64,000 nucleotides of DNA from Eledone cirrhosa (taxonomy: Eukaryota), in NCBI GenBank assembly GCA_964016885.1, contig OZ024740.1:97650001-97714000 (forward strand), written 5' to 3'. The position numbers and the translations under genes were made by a program. The notes below the pieces were generated by a model. That model searched no databases. It saw only the letters and a list, made by a program, of their open reading frames with translations, and was not told the DNA's origin. This document shows, piece after piece, positions 57,233 through 64,000 of this stretch; the first letter of the stretch is position 1, and each line of letters opens with the position of its first letter.

Positions 57233-58068
57233 GAAATGCCAGGTTTTTATAGAAGTAATTTGATTGGTTGGTGAATAAGTATAATAAATTTCGCGCCAGT
57301 CCGCGTTACTAAGTTCTTCAAAGAAAGGGGTGGGTGTGCTCAGGTTGTTTTTTCATATATGAATGAAGCTTCGTCGGTTGATACAGTCACGTGAATAAGC
57401 ACATCAGCTTTCGCGCCAGTTTGTGTTTGAATTTCTTGTTACTTATCTGAATTCTGACATCCCAGGGCACCAGCCATATTCACTGAAACAGAACAATTCT
57501 CCCCATCCCATTTCTCTTGACCATTATCTTTTGTTTGGCACAAAATTCTCTAAATGGCTACAAAGTAAATTCACAAATACGGGCGCGAAATTGAATGAAC
57601 CTGTTTACGTGACAGTCATAATTTCATATATAACCAATCAAATTACATTTCAGCACATCAATCATACTCAGAACAACTCTTTCCATCCCTTTTTTCTTGA
57701 CCATTATCTTTTGTTTGGCACAAAATTCTCTAAATGGCTATAAAAAATTCCAAAATACGGGCGCGAAATTTAATGTACTTGTTCACGTGACAGTCATAAT
57801 TTCATTTGTAACCAATCAAATTACATTTATAAAAAAAAAAAACCTTCGTGAACCACATTTTTTTATGTAAAAAGAAACTCAAACACAAACTGGTGTGAAA
57901 GCTGATGTGCTTATTCATGTGACTGCATCAATCAACCAAACTTCATATATGAAAAAACAATCTGAGCCCGCCCCCGTTGTTTGAAGAACTTTGTAACGCG
58001 AACTGGCGCGAAATTTGTTATACTTATTCACCAACCAATCAAATTACTTCTCTAAAAACCTGGCATTT
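57233..58068. repeat. ~200-bp inverted repeats enclosing a 180-bp tandem duplication
   Basis: 57233-57438 versus 57872-58068; internal repeats at 57489 and 57669. Confidence 0.88.
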
Positions 58069-59116
58069 CATCGCTTTAAAGACCATGTACCTCCGGTTGG
58101 TGCGAGCAACGGCTAAAAAAAGTCGTTGGGACACGTAAATAAAGGGGACGCGAGGGTAAACAAACAAAATGGTGAAGCAACAGAAAGTGAGGAAGAAAGA
58201 GACAAGTCCCAGATTTCTATGAATTTAAATTCGGTGAAATCGTGAACGAGAGAATAAAGACCATCAAACCTGGTTGAAATGTGAGCAAGGAAGGAATTTC
58301 GCACAGGTCTAACGGGAGGAAGAAGGGGTCTGGTCTGCGAATTCGGTAAACTTAAGTTCTGTGAAATCGTAGACACCAACCAGAGGTATATGGGCTTTAA
58401 AGCGATGAAATGCCTATGATGGTTGGAAGATCACTGATGAAGGACAAACTTTTTTCATATGTAACCCATTTGCAACTCCGCAGCGCCCTTATTATCATAT
58501 TTACACATATTTTTTCCTCTGCTGCTACACGTCTTTTTCGTTCTATGTATCTTTACCCTTTCTAGCAGTCTCTCTCTCTGTTAGCCTCTTCCTCACCCTT
58601 CACTCACTCATTCTCTGTCACTACCTCTCCTCCTCCTCTTTCTTCCCGTTTGACCTGTGTGTAATTCTTTTCTCCCGCACGCTGGCCAAGCTGGTATGAA
58701 TTTTTTCTCTCTCTCGTCTACGATTTCACAGAACTTATGTTTACCGAATTCGCAGACCAGACCCCTTCTTCCTCCTGTTAGACCTGTGCGAAATTCCTTC
58801 CTTGCTCACATTTCAACCAGGTTGGATGGTCTTTATTCTCTCGTTCACGATTTCACCGAATTTAAATTCATAGAAATATGGGACTTGTCTCTTTCTTCCT
58901 CACTTTCTGTTGCTTCACCATTTTGTTTGTTTACCCTCGCGTCCCCTTTATTTACGTGTCCCAACGACTTTTTTTAACCGTTGCTCGCACCAACCGGAGG
59001 TATATGGTCTTTAAAGCGATGAAATGCCTATGATGGTTGGAAGATCACTGATGAAGGACAAACTTTTTTCATATGTAACCCATTTGCAACTCCGCAGCGC
59101 CCTTATTATCATATTT
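58061..59116 (+). repeat. Relative of the 26.5-kb family: inverted 5' piece plus direct repeat (614-bp spacing)
   Basis: 58061-58374 is inverted relative to 58717-59028; CTGATGAAGGAC at 58434 and 59048. Confidence 0.88.
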
Positions 59117-59900
<784 letters not shown>

Positions 59901-60903
59901 ACAAACAAACAAACCGAGAATTATAATAATGTTTAGTAAGTATTAATACGAAATGCACTTCAACCGAATTCTATATTATAAATTCACTTAAATAATTATT
60001 GTGTCCTCTTGAGTTCGTTATGAGTCTCTTTTTTTTATAAAAGGATGCCACAGAGTGTACGATAGATAATGATTACAATATTTTTGAGCAACAACACCAG
60101 TCCCACACTTTTGAAGCTTTATTATAACATTCTGTGGCTCTTTTGAGCTTGTGCATTTTTCAGGTCTAGTTTAATATTTGTTTAAGGCAATGCTTGTAAT
60201 AATATCGTTGTAATGTAATTAGATTATATAATTGTTATTTTATAAATGATCTTATAAATATTATTGTAAGATGTATAAAAATGTTTTCAGACTTTTAATA
60301 GTTTATATAAATTTAAAAAATCATATATAAATTAACAATATAACTTACCAAAACGAGAAAAATATTTTGATGATAAAACGACGAAATACTGGAGGAATAT
60401 TCGAAAGCGAAACGATAAATAAACGTGGAAACAAAGTGGCGGATGCTTTTGAGCAACAATTACTCTCGTTGGTCGATTAGACGATGAAATTAGCCAATAA
60501 GACGATACATTACAAAAGATGTTTGGGAGGCATCACCACGGCCAGCGATACCCCTTGAAATATTTATTCACAAATTACGCATGTATGTCACATAACAACA
60601 TCATGTCAGACACGCAGACTTAAAACATTCTGTTGTTAGTCACTGCGTGTCTAACAGATATATAAATGAAAGGATTACAAAGGAGAATATGTACTGTTAG
60701 AACATGTTTACGGTATACAAAACACCTACGTACGTTTCGCCCGAAAAGGGCTTCTCAAGGGTATACAAATCTAGAGAGTCTACGGTACGGGGCCCAGGAG
60801 GGGTTTTAGGGTGATAATCACATCAGAATTCATTCTTAGATCAAACAGGCATGCAGTTATTGCCACAGAGCAAGGGGAGTAATTCTGGCCGGTGTTTGAA
60901 TAA

Positions 60904-62412
60904 ATCTCGAGGCTTTCCGCCAACGAAGACATCTTCAGCCAAGCGGCTGACTACTACAATAAAGCCTTGATAGATGCCGGATATAACCGAAGAATCTCCT
61001 ACCTCCTTAACGCTAACTCTAGAAACCACCCCCATCATAGGACTAATGTTATAGTAAGCCATACCTATAACTGAATACGCAGTGGCCCTGACGGAGTAAA
61101 TAATTATAGTATAGAGAATCGCCCTAAGAAACACGGCCGTACCGTTAACTACATGTGTGGTGGTGTAGAGGACCTACCCCATAATAAGGGCAATGATACA
61201 GGTAACGGTAGCTGCAGTAGCCTACTAGAATTATTCCCTACCTATAAGATTAACAATAGCGATGGCCTATTACCTACACCCTCTAACCAGCGTTTAGCTA
61301 CATGTGAACGTAACGGAAGGAAGGCGAGTGCACCCGAACATAAAGCGAAGGGGACGCGCAATAGACTGCAACAGAGTAGCAACAATAAGAAAGGTTACCT
61401 AGCCAACTCGATCCGTAGCAAGCCCACAGTTACGCGTAACCGCCAACGTAATGTCCTATGGTTCCATCCTCCCTACTCTTGGAGTGTGGCCTCTGATTTA
61501 CCTAGGATAGTCTTCGAAGCCTTAGAGAAGAACTACCCACCCAACCATAAATACAGGAAAATCCTCAATAAGAACAATATTAAAATATCCTTCTCCACTA
61601 CACCTAATCTAGCAGACATCATAGGGATAACCAATTACAGTAAGGTCACCAAAACACAACACAATAGCAGAAGTAGGTCTAGACTTGACAGCAACCCTAA
61701 TAGCCTTAACGTTTCCCTAGGAGCACCCGATAGTGTTGGCGGCAGCTCCAACAGATGCAACCGACATAACCGCGGCGAGACTGGGGAGCATGCTGGTGAC
61801 CTGTATGGGTCATGAGGCGGCAATAGAAGGTGCTGTGGCGTGTGGGGTAATAATTGTACTACCCCGCATGCCCTATGATATAATAGTACTAACTACAGAG
61901 ATAGAGGCGGTGGCGTGGATAACAACATAGGTAGCGATAGTAATAGCCTTACTTCGGGCACTAGGGGCGACCGCGACCGACAATGCAACTGTCGAGATTG
62001 GGGAGACTGCCCGCTCAGGGGAAAGTGCCTGACAGATAATTTTATTCATAGGTACACCGTAACTAGCTATAATAGTGTTAAGCATTATATAGGGGCCACC
62101 TCTGGCTCGTTCAAAACTAGATTTAGAACACATCTCCAATCTTTTAGAAACAAGAAACTAAGATACTCCACGTCACTCGCCAATTACATCACAACATTAA
62201 AAGACTCCAACATCAGCTTCTCCCCATACTAGGAATTTGTCAGCAGGGCAACACCGTACAACTTCAAGAGGAAATGCGAGCTCTGCCTCATGGAACTTTA
62301 CCATATCGTAAGAGCACCCCTTGAACTCATCAACAGCAGAGTAGAATCGGTGATAAACTGCAGACACAGAATACAGCAGTCCTTTTTTAGTTGGAACCCG
62401 GTTGAGACCTGA
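60904..62412 (+). pseudogene. Naiad-type RT thumb, linker and GIY-YIG endonuclease
   Basis: One frame: ISRLSANEDIF..YYNKALIDAGY, RNVLWFHPPYS, IKISFSTTPNL, CNCRDWGDCPLRGKC (CxCx5Cx5C), HYIGATSGSFKTRFRTH, KCELCLME, LINSRVE..NCRH; in-frame TGA at 61072, 61813 and 61876, TAG at 62230. Confidence 0.9.
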
Positions 62413-62737
62413 ACACCATGAACTGGGTCCCTCTGCAACAAACCACAACGCGCCGGTGGGTAGGTTGCACAAATAAACATCTGTACACCAACTATGCCTC
62501 TCAGACACGGCCCGAATGGACAATAGTAAAGTAGCACCCATAAAATAGTAATGGAAAACAACCATCATGTGAAAGGATAATAAGCCATTTGGGGACATTT
62601 ATTCAAACACCGGCCAGAGTTACTCCTCTTGCTCTGTGGCAATAACAGCATGCCTGTTTGAACTAAGAATGAACTTTGATGTGACTATCACCCGAAAACC
62701 CCTCCTGGATCCCGTACCGCACACTTTCTAGATTTGT

Positions 62738-62779
62738 ATGCCCTTGAGAATCCCTTTTCGGGCGAAACGTACGTAGGTG
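62738..62779 (+). ncRNA. Minimal type-I HHR, U3-A8 core (better-paired mirror copy on minus strand 60723-60763)
   Basis: CC-TTGAGAA-(G/T)CCC TTTTC GGGC-GAAA-CGTAC-GTA^GG; palindromic ACGTACGT; stem I imperfect. Confidence 0.72.
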
Positions 62780-63481
62780 CTTTTGTATTGTGGTAAAATG
62801 TATGTATCCTATTTGGATTGTTCATTGACATAGACGTGAGGGAAGGTCCCTCGTCTATTTACCATTTTGTGTTTGTGAGAATTATAACAAAGTGAGTGAG
62901 TGTGTGCGCAAACAAGACAATAACCACAACGAGAGTTATATTCAACAATTGTAAATAATGGTGATGTTTATTTATATTACAAATGGAACGTACCAAATGT
63001 TGACGTGGTCAGTTGTGGTGAAAGGAACGTATTACCATTACAAAAGTATTGTGGGGTTTGTTGATTGCTGTTCCCTTGGCTGCTTTCTGTGGCGTGGTAC
63101 AGAGACTATTTTCTGGCGTGTGTTTAGTCTGCTTTCTAGTGGCTGTCTGTTTACTTCTCGTGTTCTCAACCAGCGGGAGATAACTATTGTTATGTTCTAT
63201 TAGATAACTAGGGTTGTTCTATTATCCGACAGGGGGTGTGAGGCGTCTTACTACAGTATAAACATGTTCTAACAGTATATCTTCTCCTTTGTAATCCTTT
63301 CATTTGTAACCGCTCTGCTTATATTCTCGCCTGCTAAATATTAACGCTTTTGATATTTAACCCTGTAGGCACAAGTATTGAGCACAAATGCACCAGCTTT
63401 TGGCAACTAACTATATGTATCGCTTATCCCTTTAAACCTCTACTCTCACACGATACTAAAATATTCTATATACATATATAT

Positions 63482-63513
<32 letters not shown>

Positions 63514-63617
63514 CATCATCATCATCATTTTACGTGCGATTTTCTCTGCTTGCAAGGGTGGGACAAATATATATATATATATAAATATACATATATACAA
63601 ATATATTAATAATTACA

Positions 63618-64000
63618 TTGCAATCGAAAGGTTGTGAGTTTAATTCTCGGACCGGGTGATGTGTTGTTTCCTTTAGCAAGACACTTTATTTCACATTGCT
63701 CCAGTTTACTCAGCTGTAGAAATGAGATGATAGGACTGGATCCTTATCATTCCACTGCAAAGCGGCAAAAACGCACCCAGCCCACACTGTGAAGTAGACG
63801 TGTAGGCGCCACGGAAAAAAAGCACCCAGCACTCACTGTAAATGAGGTTGGTGTTAGGAAGGGCATCCAGCTGTAGAAATCAAACCAGAATCAGTTCCCG
63901 TATGAGCAAGACAAGGTCAGCCGACCGGACACTGCCCACAGCAGGACAACCCGTCTAACCCATGCTAGCATGGGAGAACGGACGTAAAACGGTGATGATG
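63618..64000 (+). mobile_element. SINE family B with CORE-like domain
   Basis: B-box-like GAGTTTAATTC, GCAAGACACTTTATTTCACATTGCTCCAG, family-B tail running to the window end. Confidence 0.88.

Larger units (their letters stand above)
60665..63306 (+). mobile_element. 5'-truncated Naiad-like Penelope element with inverted 5' pseudo-LTR
   Basis: 60723-60905 is inverted relative to 62596-62779, and 60665-60710 relative to 63260-63306; coding remnant between; HHR in each pLTR. Confidence 0.88.

Noticed and set aside
62412-62800. SECIS element in the Naiad 3' UTR
   Set aside because: ATGAA motifs are present, but no helix II with apical AA and a matching GA could be drawn by eye.

Overview
Very AT-rich eukaryotic (animal) DNA, most likely intronic or intergenic. 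The SINE/LINE repertoire and dense (TA)n/(CA)n/(AAT)n tracts suggest a cephalopod such as Octopus (inference only). I can support no intact host gene; most ORFs in the track are microsatellite translations. Transposons present: a complete but mutated Ty3/Gypsy LTR element (1371-7401; CATA TSD, tRNA-Trp PBS); several Penelope-like elements (one Neptune-like; four Naiad-like pieces); an R4/Dong element nested in a (TAA)n tract inside a Naiad; a non-autonomous Helitron with a PIF1 fragment; CR1 and RTE LINE relics; and two SINE families. The main unexplained layer is RNA structure: more than a dozen hammerhead-ribozyme (HHR)-like motifs. These include a 470-bp tandem array with one near-canonical minimal HHR per unit (retrozyme-like), U3-A8 covariant cores, HHRs with very long stem II, and a second repeat family whose hammerhead parts appear in an unusual order with covarying stems. 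All structures were read by eye and none was computed.
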